Positions 1-7,334 of a DNA stretch of 24,000 bases are shown in pieces. The DNA comes from Clostridia bacterium (GTDB lineage Bacteria > Bacillota > Clostridia > UBA1381): contig CAAEKO010000034.1 of NCBI GenBank assembly GCA_900756545.1, positions 48,662 to 72,661 on the forward strand, given 5' to 3'. Within the stretch, counting starts at the first letter, position 1. Every line of letters begins with the position of its first letter. Position numbers and translations under genes: made by a program. Below the pieces are notes generated by a model. That model was given only the letters and a program-made list of their open reading frames with translations. It made no database searches and was not told the DNA's origin.

Positions 1-4
1 GGAA

Positions 5-415
5 ATGGTAACTGCTAACAATAATAATATGATATTGTCCGCAAACTTTGTGGGTGTTGATTTTAATGAAAATGATACAAGTTTTATTGGATATTGTATA
101 AAATCTTTACCGCTTAAAGATTGGCGAAGTTTTATAGAAGAAGATTATTGTTTATCTTTTGAATATGAAAGAACAGGGACAATTAACGAGTTTTTTATTG
201 AATTTAAGAACTGTCCTATAAACAAGAAGATTCTTAATTTGAAAGTGATACCTACACATGAGAAGCAAACATTTGTTATAAGATTAAAAGATTTTGAAAA
301 TGTAATAGAAGATTGGAAATCTGTTGATGAAATATGTATTGTATTTTTTCCTAATAAATCAAAAAAAGTTTATGGTACAGTATCTATTTATGACTTAAAA
401 ATATGTATTAAATAA
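5..415 (+). CDS. hypothetical protein, first gene of a two-gene operon with the RES-domain gene; possibly 5'-truncated by the window edge
   Basis: 136-codon ORF from the ATG at 5. The frame stays open back to position 2, so the true start may lie upstream of the window. The stop at 413-415 is followed by a GGAGGT SD (418-423) and the next ATG at 429, which indicates translational coupling. The alternating hydrophobic pattern suggests a beta-rich fold. No catalytic or HTH motif was recognised. Confidence 0.5.
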   Translation: MVTANNNNMILSANFVGVDFNENDTSFIGYCIKSLPLKDWRSFIEEDYCLSFEYERTGTINEFFIEFKNCPINKKILNLKVIPTHEKQTFVIRLKDFENVIEDWKSVDEICIVFFPNKSKKVYGTVSIYDLKICIK

Positions 416-428
416 TTGGAGGTGCATT

Positions 429-1553
429 ATGATTATTGATATTTCTGATACTACTTTTAAAGACCTTTTAAAAGATGAAAAATTATATTTACCAATTCGC
501 TGGGATGGTAGCGACTTTCCAACTACACTACATTCTTTATTTAATTATTACATGAAGAAATTAGAGTTTCTTGTAAATGAGGAAGACCGTTACACGCCAT
601 ATGTACGTGTAGATAGACATGAGATTAAAAGAGTATGCGGATTAATTGTAAAAGCTGTAGAACACTACTTAAATGGTTTTCCCTCAAAATCTTATGAAAC
701 ATTTAACAGAGCAATGCGAGTATTAATGAATACTCCATTAAAGGTTTATCAAAAGAGTGTTATGGAACATTTTGACAAATCGGTCAATTGCTATGATGAC
801 GATGAATTAAAGCTATATCGCGTTACCTGTGTTTCTGACAATAAGCCTTATGACAGAAAGCGAGTATTTCATACACCATACAATATGAGGTCTAAAGTAT
901 CTACAAGCAGATATAGTATCGCAGGCTATCCGAGTTTATATTTAGGAACATCATTAGAGTTATGTTGTGAAGAAATCCACTTAAATCCATATAAAGATTT
1001 TGCTTTGGCTTCTGCTTTTAAACTTGAAAGAACGCTTGAATATACAAATACTAATATTAGTGTAATAGAATTGGGGGTTAAACCGCAAGATTTTATAGGA
1101 TTAGAGCCTACAAACGAAAGGACTCGCAGAACTATTCCTCGTGATTTATTAAAAGATAAAACTGTTAAATCAGCATACTTGCTTTGGTATCCTTTGATTG
1201 CAGCCTGCTCTTTTATAAGGACAAACAAAAATGATCCGTTTGCTGCTGAATACATAATACCTCAACTATTAATGCAATGGGTTCGTAATGAAATGAGTTC
1301 TTCGCCCCAAGATGAGTATGACCAACTGATTGGAATACGATATTTTTCTTGTGCGTCAATTAAATCATCTGATATGGGATTCAATTATGTATTCCCTACA
1401 AGCGGACAGCAAAAATCAGCAGAACTTCCTTATTGTTCTGTTTTAACAAAATCTTTTAAGTTGACCACCCCGAAATATATTCACGAATATGATAATATTG
1501 ACTCTTGCGAATGGAAATTAAGAAAATCAAAGGATTTCGATTTTATTAATTAG
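429..1553 (+). CDS. RES domain-containing protein (candidate NAD+-targeting / ADP-ribosyltransferase-type toxin) with a ~130-aa N-terminal extension
   Basis: 374-aa ORF with an SD upstream. The central and C-terminal region matches the ordered RES pattern: 'LYRVTCV...', then 'SRYSIAGYPSLYLGTSLELCCEEI' (R...G...Y...E), then 'IGIRYFSCASIKSSDMGFNYVFP' (the conserved Ser segment followed by N-x-v-f-p). A terminator follows the gene. Confidence 0.7.
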   Translation: MIIDISDTTFKDLLKDEKLYLPIRWDGSDFPTTLHSLFNYYMKKLEFLVNEEDRYTPYVRVDRHEIKRVCGLIVKAVEHYLNGFPSKSYETFNRAMRVLMNTPLKVYQKSVMEHFDKSVNCYDDDELKLYRVTCVSDNKPYDRKRVFHTPYNMRSKVSTSRYSIAGYPSLYLGTSLELCCEEIHLNPYKDFALASAFKLERTLEYTNTNISVIELGVKPQDFIGLEPTNERTRRTIPRDLLKDKTVKSAYLLWYPLIAACSFIRTNKNDPFAAEYIIPQLLMQWVRNEMSSSPQDEYDQLIGIRYFSCASIKSSDMGFNYVFPTSGQQKSAELPYCSVLTKSFKLTTPKYIHEYDNIDSCEWKLRKSKDFDFIN

Positions 1554-1586
1554 CAAATAGTCGCATTTTAAACCACTAACAAAATA

Positions 1587-1621
1587 CCTCTTGCAGTAGG
1601 AAAATTGCAAGAGGTTTTTTT
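1587..1621 (+). terminator. rho-independent terminator downstream of the RES gene
   Basis: Perfect 9-bp stem cctcttgca (1587-1595) / tgcaagagg (1606-1614), followed by a T7 run. Confidence 0.7.
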
Positions 1622-1627
1622 GTGTAT

Positions 1628-1654
1628 TCAATTATCACTCAATTTATACTCAAT
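1628..1654 (+). repeat. array of three TCAAT motifs phased at exactly 11 bp (copy 1 of 3 such arrays in the window)
   Basis: TCAAT starts at 1628, 1639 and 1650 (tTCAATtatcacTCAATttatacTCAATgg). The same TCAAT-N6-TCAAT-N6-TCAATG layout occurs at 7163-7189 and 16254-16280. Confidence 0.6.
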
Positions 1655-1708
1655 GGAAATAACCGATTCATCTGTTATAGTTATAATACAAGTTTGCAAA
1701 CTTATTCA

Positions 1709-1735
1709 GTCCGTAAACTAAATATTTTCGGACAA
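1709..1735. repeat. left copy of a 27-bp perfect inverted repeat flanking the integrase gene
   Basis: gtccgtaaactaaatattttcggacaa at 1709-1735 is the exact reverse complement of 3030-3056. Each copy also contains an internal gtccg...cggac palindrome. Confidence 0.9.
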
Positions 1736-1805
1736 TGTAAAATTCGGCATTATTACTGGATTTTACGGCTGTTTATATTTAATGACAGCATAATATGTTA
1801 AAATA

Positions 1806-1834
1806 ATTATAGCACATAAACTGCGGAAAATCAA
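1806..1834 (-). promoter_or_regulatory. near-consensus sigma-A type promoter on the minus strand, firing toward the left inverted repeat with no gene downstream
   Basis: On the minus strand: TTGATT (1834-1829), a 17-nt spacer, then TGcTATAAT (extended -10; the TATAAT is at 1811-1806). The only downstream minus-strand ORF is a 12-codon one without an SD. Confidence 0.6.
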
Positions 1835-1922
1835 GCATTTAGGGGATTTTCTCCCTTTTGCACAAGAAATATTTTATTTTATTCTCCGTCAGTATTGTAG
1901 TCAGATGAAAGGAAGTGTTATC

Positions 1923-2972
1923 ATGGGTCGCAGAGGCGAAAATATCTATAAACGCAAAGACGGTCGGTATGAGGGCAGATACATAAAATATTATGATATG
2001 TCCGGAAAGGCTGTTTACGGATATATTTATTCCAAAAGCTATACAGAAATCAAGGAAAAAGTCGCAAAATGTAAAACAGAAAGACATTCAGCATATAAAG
2101 GCTCAAACACCTTGCTTTGCGATTGGCTTGAAATATGGTTGATGTCGCAAGGGGTATTAAAACCTACAACTCAAAGAGTTTATAAAAGCCATATTAAAAA
2201 CCATATCAATCCGCAAATTGGTAATATTCCGCTAAAAAAGCTAAATACCGAAATTTTGCAGAATTTTATAAACAGTTTGGAGTTGTCAGCTTCAACGATA
2301 AAAACAGTATTCAGTACATTAAAATCTGCACTATCAGAAGCAGAGGACAAGGGATTTATAACATGTATGGAGTAAGGTTAAATTACCCAAAAAGGATATA
2401 TCAATAGTTCGAGTATTATCGACAGCAGAACAGCAACGGCTTGAAAAGGCATTAACAGACATGCAGATATAGGTATTTTAATTTGTTTGTATACAGGACT
2501 TCGTATTGGTGAATTATGTGCATTAAAATGGAATGATATTAACTTTGAATTATCTACATTAACCGTCAACGGAACACAAGCCCGAACAGAAAATGGTGTT
2601 GAAATTATATCTCCAAAGAGCAAGACATCAAAAAGAGAAATTCCTATACCGCCGTTTCTTCTTGATAAAATCAAGTCACTACCACGAAAAGGTGAGTTTG
2701 TCATTTCAAAGTACGGAAAGCCTTTTGATGTCCGCACTTACAGGCGGCATTTCAAAAAAGTATTGAAAAAAGCAAATTTGCCGGATATAAAATTCCATTC
2801 TCTGCGGCATACATTTTCAACCCGTGCTTTGGAGGTGGGTATGGATTATAAAACCTTATCGGAAATACTCGGTCATTCGTCTGTAGCAATTACCCTTGAT
2901 TTATATGCACATTCTCTCAAAGAGCATAAGAAAAAGCAGATGTGCAAGCTCGGTGAAATTTTTAATTCGTAG
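1923..2972 (+). pseudogene. int: tyrosine recombinase/integrase (Tn916-Int-like, with an N-terminal arm-binding domain) disrupted by two compensating frameshifts
   Basis: - N-terminal part: 'GENIYKRKDGRYEGRY...' followed by a core-binding segment (frame 0), ending at TAA 2373-2375.
- Middle part: 'HVWSKVKLPKKDISIVRVLSTAEQQRLEKALTD' reads only in frame +1 (2362-2469).
- C-terminal catalytic domain: 'ADIGILICLYTGLRIGELCALKWNDI ... HSLRHTFSTRALE ... LGHSSVAITLDLYAH' returns to frame 0.
- The likely start is the ATG at 1923, preceded by an AAAGGAAG SD. Confidence 0.85.
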
Positions 2973-2991
2973 TCAAAATTTGTAGTCAAAA

Positions 2992-3031
2992 AAGCGTAAA
3001 GGCTGATAAAGTCAACGCCTTTACGCTTTTT
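2992..3031 (+). terminator. rho-independent terminator downstream of the integrase
   Basis: 12-bp perfect stem aagcgtaaaggc (2992-3003) / gcctttacgctt (3017-3028), followed by a T run. It abuts the right inverted repeat. Confidence 0.7.
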
Positions 3032-3056
3032 GTCCGAAAATATTTAGTTTACGGAC
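3030..3056. repeat. right copy of the 27-bp perfect inverted repeat
   Basis: ttgtccgaaaatatttagtttacggac is the exact reverse complement of 1709-1735. It lies 168 bp upstream of the surface-protein start codon. Confidence 0.9.
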
Positions 3057-3224
3057 AAATGGTAAATATATGTTTTCGTTATTACTACCTTATATGGCTA
3101 CTATCAACTTTTTTACAAATAATATACAAAAATTCAGAGAAAGGAATATAAAAATGTTTGACACTTCATAAAAGACTAATAAAGATTATAATGATAAAAA
3201 TTACTAATAGAAGGAGAAATAAAT

Positions 3225-6200
3225 ATGAAAAAACTAATAAGCTTATTTTTAACTTTATGTATTACAATAACTATGTTTTCGACTTTTGTTCTGACAGCTT
3301 ATGCAGAAAATGGTACTTGCGGGGATAATGCATTTTGGAAAATAGAAAACGGTGTTTTGACAATATCCGGAAGCGGAAAGGTTGAAGGTGTTCAATTTAA
3401 TGGGAAAGACTTCCACACTGTCATATTTGATGATGGAATTACCAGTATTAATCGGGAAATTTTTAGCGGTTGTTATCAGCTTTCTAAGGTTACATTACCA
3501 AAAAATTTGGTTTATATTCCTTATAAAGCCTTTTACAATTGCTATTCATTAAGAGAAATAGTGATTCCCGAAAAGGTATCACAAATTGCAGCGTTGGCAT
3601 TTGCAGAAACATCTTTAGATAGCATCACAATACCGAAAAGCATGTTGCTTATAGGTCAGCAAGCATTTGCTGTTGCGACAGGCTGGACTATTGATGGCGT
3701 TGAATATACAGGAATTAAAGATATATATTATAATGGTACACAGCAACAGTGGAACAATATTAAAATCATTTCTGGGAAAGAAGATATCTATGGATATCAG
3801 ACCGATAACAGCGAATTAAATAAAGCGACAATACATTATAATAATGATATTTCTTACTCGGGGAAATGTGGCGACAATGCAACATGGAAAATAGAAAATA
3901 ACACATTGTATATTTCAGGAACTGGTGAGATGAATGCTTACTGTAACCTCGAAAAGGGATGGACATATCCTGAGTGGTTGGCATATGATTATGATACAAT
4001 CCAAGTAAATGAAGGTATAACTAAAATAGGAATGTGTGCATTTGATGAAACAATTGTTCCAATGGGCTTAACATTCGAATGGGGTTCTCTTACTGAAGAA
4101 CAAATTGAAGAAAACCAGCTATATCAATTTGATAACGGTAACTTTTATTTTAACAGAGACCATGTGAAAAAAGTTATTTTACCTAAATCTCTTTCAACTA
4201 TAAGTTCAGAAGCATTTTGGAAATGTAACAAATTGACTGATGTATACTACGCAGGCACAGAAACGGAGTGGAACAACATTGAAATCAGCACCAATAACGA
4301 ATCACTGTTAAATGCAGAAATTCATTACAGCACTCAGAATGGCAATAAGAATTTTACGGGAATTACTTTTGAAGATAAGTTTTTCGAATATGACGGTTCA
4401 GAAAAGACATTATTAATTTCCGGCACATTGCCCGGCGATGCATCGGTAAGATATATCAACAACAAGGCTATCCAAGGCGGCGAATATACTGCTACTGCTA
4501 TCATAACTGCCGATGGATATAACACACTCACATTGACAGCAACGATGACGATAGGATTTAGAGTAAATAATGTGATTTTACCGCTTGAAGGATATGAAAT
4601 AGGAAAGCCATGGGATAATTGTTGGACTTTTGCACAAAATGTATATCAAGAAATTTGGGGATCGGCCAAGGGCGAAGACCTACTTCGCAGTCTTGATACA
4701 GAAGATAAAAAAATAACAGAAAAGAATGTTAGAAATTTTATATTGTCTTCTGAACTCGGAGCAAATATCCGATTGGAAGATGGTGAAGATATAAATATCC
4801 ATTCGTTAATTTTAGTTCAGAAAGATAATGATGGATTTACGGTATATCATGGAAACTATAATGAAGCAATTTATTTTACTCGTTATACTTATTCTGAGTT
4901 TGCAGAACATTATGCAGACTATAAATATTTTGCATACATCAATTTCCCGAATGCACCAGAATACAGTAAAGCACCTCAAAGCATTACATTGGAAAACATT
5001 CCATCAAAAACATATGGTGACGCTCCGTTTGCATTGACAGTAACACCTGATGCTACTGCAAATCTGACAAACTTTACATATGACTCAAGCGATAAAAATG
5101 TTGCTACAGTAGATGAAAGTGGCAATGTAACAATCGTTGGCGCCGGTGAAACAATTATTAGCGTTACAGAATCTGGTAATGAAGAATACGCAAAGACAAC
5201 AGTCACAAAGAAATTGACTGTTAATAAAAAAGCATTGGAAATTAAGGTTGACGATGTTACAATCACTTATGGTGATGAAATAGATACAAATATTACTTAT
5301 ACAGGCTTTATTGATGGTGAAGATGAAACTGTATTGACAAAGGCTGTTGAAGTTGGCGGATATTCTGCAAAGCCAAATGTCGGTGAGTATGACATCATTT
5401 TAAGCGGAGCAGAAGCAGCTAACTATGAAATCAGTTATGTAAAAGCGAAATTAACTGTAAATAAGAAAGATGTGACTGTTACACAGTTAAAAGTATTTGA
5501 TAAAGCTGCGGACACAACAACCGATGCTACAATAAACACATCAAGCTTGGTAATTGATGGTATGGTTTTAGGTGATGATATTACTATTGACTTCACAAAT
5601 GCGGTTGCTACATTTGAAACAGCAGAAGTGGGTAATGATATTGTTGTCACTATTACTGCTCTGAAACTCGTTGGAACTCATGCAGAAAATTATAATTTGA
5701 CAAATACTGAAATTGAAACTACCGCATCAATTAAAGAAACAATTACTGCTTCCGATATTGCGGCACAGATAACTGCACTTTCTGTCGTTAAAGATTCTAC
5801 TGAAATTATATTACCTAATGTCCCTGCCGGATACAAAATTACACTAAAAGCTTCCGATAATGAAGATGTAGTAAAAACTGATGGAAGTGTTGCTCCTGTT
5901 GAAAATGATACACAGGTTGGGTTGACATTTACTGTAACAAATGAAGCCGATGAAACTGATGTTGCGGATACCGCTGTAATTAATGTCATAATTCCTGCTG
6001 CAACAAAGATTAACATTGCTGTAACAGCCGAAGCAAATGGTACCGTTACAGGAAGTGGTGAATATCTTAAAAACTCTAATGTAACTGTTGCTGCTACCCC
6101 TAATAGCGGTTATAAGTTCAGCGGTTGGTATAACGGAGAAACTTCTGTATCTACAAATGCATCTTACACATTCAAAGCAGAAAGAGACATTGCTCTCGTA

Positions 6201-7064
6201 GCTAAATTTGCTAAAACGACTTCATCTGGCGGCAGTGGTTCTTCCTCATATGTTGTAAAATTTGAAACAAATGGTGGAGGTAAAGTTGCAAGTCAGAGTT
6301 TAAAGAGAAATGCAGTAGTAAAAAAGCCTGCTACTCCAACTAAAGAAGGTTATACTTTTGAAGGTTGGTACACAGATAAAGAATTAACAACCGAATATGA
6401 TTTTTCCACTGAAGTCACAAAAGGATTTACACTTTACGCTAAGTGGACAGAATTAAAAACAGATGTTGAAAAGCCCGGTGATACAGAGAAGCCTGATGCA
6501 AGCAGTTCACTTCCGTTTGAAGATGTTAAATCCAACGATTGGTTCTATGGTTCTGTTAAGTATGTTTATGAAAACGGACTTATGAATGGTACGACTGACA
6601 CCACATTTGCACCGAATGACCATTTAACTCGTGCAATGCTTGTTACAATTCTCTATCGTGCGGCGGGTGAGCCAGAAGTAAATAATAGTGTTCCTTTTGA
6701 GGATGTAAATGCTGACAGCTATTATACAAAGGCTATTATCTGGGCACAGCAGAACGGCATTGTTTCGGGTGTATCCGAAAATGAATTTGCGCCTGATGAA
6801 AATATCACAAGGGAACAGATTGCAACTATTATGTACAGATACGCACAGTACAAGGGTTATGATGTCAGCGTAGGAGAAAACACAAATATCCTCTCTTATG
6901 ACGATTTTGACAGCGTTTCCGAATACGCAATATCAGCTATGCAGTATGCAGTCGGAAACGGTTTAATTAAGGGCAAATCCGAAAGTACATTAAATCCGCA
7001 GGACAATGCTACAAGAGCAGAAATAGCTACAATACTTCAAAGATTTATTGTGGCTAACAAATAA
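3225..7064 (+). CDS. large secreted multidomain cell-surface protein (BspA-type LRR, Big/MBG-type repeats, InlB-B/Listeria-Bacteroides repeats, three C-terminal SLH domains)
   Basis: - AAGGAG SD, then a signal peptide 'MKKLISLFLTLCITITMFSTFVLTAYA|EN'.
- Two 'CGDNAxWKIENxxLxISGxG' modules with LRR_5-like 'ItIPksv..Ig..AF' repeats.
- Big_2-like segment 'DSSDKNVATVDESGNVTIVGAGETIISV'.
- MBG-like segments 'ITYGDEID...GEYDIILSGAEAANYEISYVKAKLTVNKK'.
- 'GYKFSGWYNG' and 'EGYTFEGWYTDKELTTEYDF...LYAKW' repeats.
- Three SLH motifs: 'FEDVKSNDWFYGSVKY...TRAMLVTILYR', 'FEDVNADSYYTKAI...TREQIATIMYR' and 'SEYAISAMQYA...TRAEIATILQRF'. Confidence 0.9.
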   Translation: MKKLISLFLTLCITITMFSTFVLTAYAENGTCGDNAFWKIENGVLTISGSGKVEGVQFNGKDFHTVIFDDGITSINREIFSGCYQLSKVTLPKNLVYIPYKAFYNCYSLREIVIPEKVSQIAALAFAETSLDSITIPKSMLLIGQQAFAVATGWTIDGVEYTGIKDIYYNGTQQQWNNIKIISGKEDIYGYQTDNSELNKATIHYNNDISYSGKCGDNATWKIENNTLYISGTGEMNAYCNLEKGWTYPEWLAYDYDTIQVNEGITKIGMCAFDETIVPMGLTFEWGSLTEEQIEENQLYQFDNGNFYFNRDHVKKVILPKSLSTISSEAFWKCNKLTDVYYAGTETEWNNIEISTNNESLLNAEIHYSTQNGNKNFTGITFEDKFFEYDGSEKTLLISGTLPGDASVRYINNKAIQGGEYTATAIITADGYNTLTLTATMTIGFRVNNVILPLEGYEIGKPWDNCWTFAQNVYQEIWGSAKGEDLLRSLDTEDKKITEKNVRNFILSSELGANIRLEDGEDINIHSLILVQKDNDGFTVYHGNYNEAIYFTRYTYSEFAEHYADYKYFAYINFPNAPEYSKAPQSITLENIPSKTYGDAPFALTVTPDATANLTNFTYDSSDKNVATVDESGNVTIVGAGETIISVTESGNEEYAKTTVTKKLTVNKKALEIKVDDVTITYGDEIDTNITYTGFIDGEDETVLTKAVEVGGYSAKPNVGEYDIILSGAEAANYEISYVKAKLTVNKKDVTVTQLKVFDKAADTTTDATINTSSLVIDGMVLGDDITIDFTNAVATFETAEVGNDIVVTITALKLVGTHAENYNLTNTEIETTASIKETITASDIAAQITALSVVKDSTEIILPNVPAGYKITLKASDNEDVVKTDGSVAPVENDTQVGLTFTVTNEADETDVADTAVINVIIPAATKINIAVTAEANGTVTGSGEYLKNSNVTVAATPNSGYKFSGWYNGETSVSTNASYTFKAERDIALVAKFAKTTSSGGSGSSSYVVKFETNGGGKVASQSLKRNAVVKKPATPTKEGYTFEGWYTDKELTTEYDFSTEVTKGFTLYAKWTELKTDVEKPGDTEKPDASSSLPFEDVKSNDWFYGSVKYVYENGLMNGTTDTTFAPNDHLTRAMLVTILYRAAGEPEVNNSVPFEDVNADSYYTKAIIWAQQNGIVSGVSENEFAPDENITREQIATIMYRYAQYKGYDVSVGENTNILSYDDFDSVSEYAISAMQYAVGNGLIKGKSESTLNPQDNATRAEIATILQRFIVANK

Positions 7065-7119
7065 ATACTAACATAAGGCTCTGTTTGATGTCATTTCAAG
7101 CAGGGCCTTAATATTTATA

Positions 7120-7160
7120 AAGGATTAAACTGTAGTTTACAGCTTAGTCCTTTTTCTTTT
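7120..7160 (+). terminator. rho-independent terminator downstream of the surface-protein gene
   Basis: 15-bp stem aaggattaaactgta / tacagcttagtcctt (one mismatch, one G-U), a 3-nt loop, then tttttctttt. A second hairpin lies upstream: 7075-7083 / 7101-7109. Confidence 0.65.
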
Positions 7161-7162
7161 GC

Positions 7163-7189
7163 TCAATTTTCGGTCAAATTGCACTCAAT
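7163..7189 (+). promoter_or_regulatory. parC-like iteron array upstream of parM: three TCAAT/TCAAA motifs phased at 11 bp (copy 2 of 3)
   Basis: gcTCAATtttcggTCAAAttgcacTCAATgag, with motif starts at 7163, 7174 and 7185. The array lies ~150 bp upstream of the ParM-like start. 11-bp iterons upstream of parM are the classic parC layout (plasmid R1). Confidence 0.5.
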
Positions 7190-7334
7190 GAGTTTTTCAC
7201 CCTATTCTGTTATTCTAAAAGCACAGAAAGTTGGTGCAGCGGAAATATCACTTTTTGAATATTTAAAGCCACAGGAGGATAACACATTATGAAATTTTTT
7301 AGAATCAGAATAGGGAGAAAGGAGGACATAGGTT

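Noticed and set aside
926-1255. 109-aa minus-strand ORF inside the RES gene
   Set aside because: It lies entirely antisense to a gene with recognisable motifs, with no SD and no recognisable features.
2378-2737. 119-aa minus-strand ORF across the integrase frameshift region
   Set aside because: It is antisense to integrase coding sequence. The plus strand translates to conserved integrase segments in this region.
3766-6016. Five minus-strand ORFs (65-108 aa) inside the surface-protein gene
   Set aside because: They are antisense shadows of a 1279-aa gene with clear domain architecture. They have low-complexity S/V/T/F-rich translations and no SD sequences.
7250-7270. Possible left-end counterpart of the serine-recombinase element: 'ctttttgaata' versus the reverse complement of 18598-18612
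   Set aside because: Only about a 10-bp AT-rich match, which is easily chance in this composition. The left boundary of the island cannot be placed from this window.
7289-7312. Mini-ORF MKFFRIRI with an AGGAGGA SD upstream of parM
   Set aside because: It is only 7 codons. It could be a leader peptide, but nothing in the sequence supports this, such as an overlapping attenuator structure.
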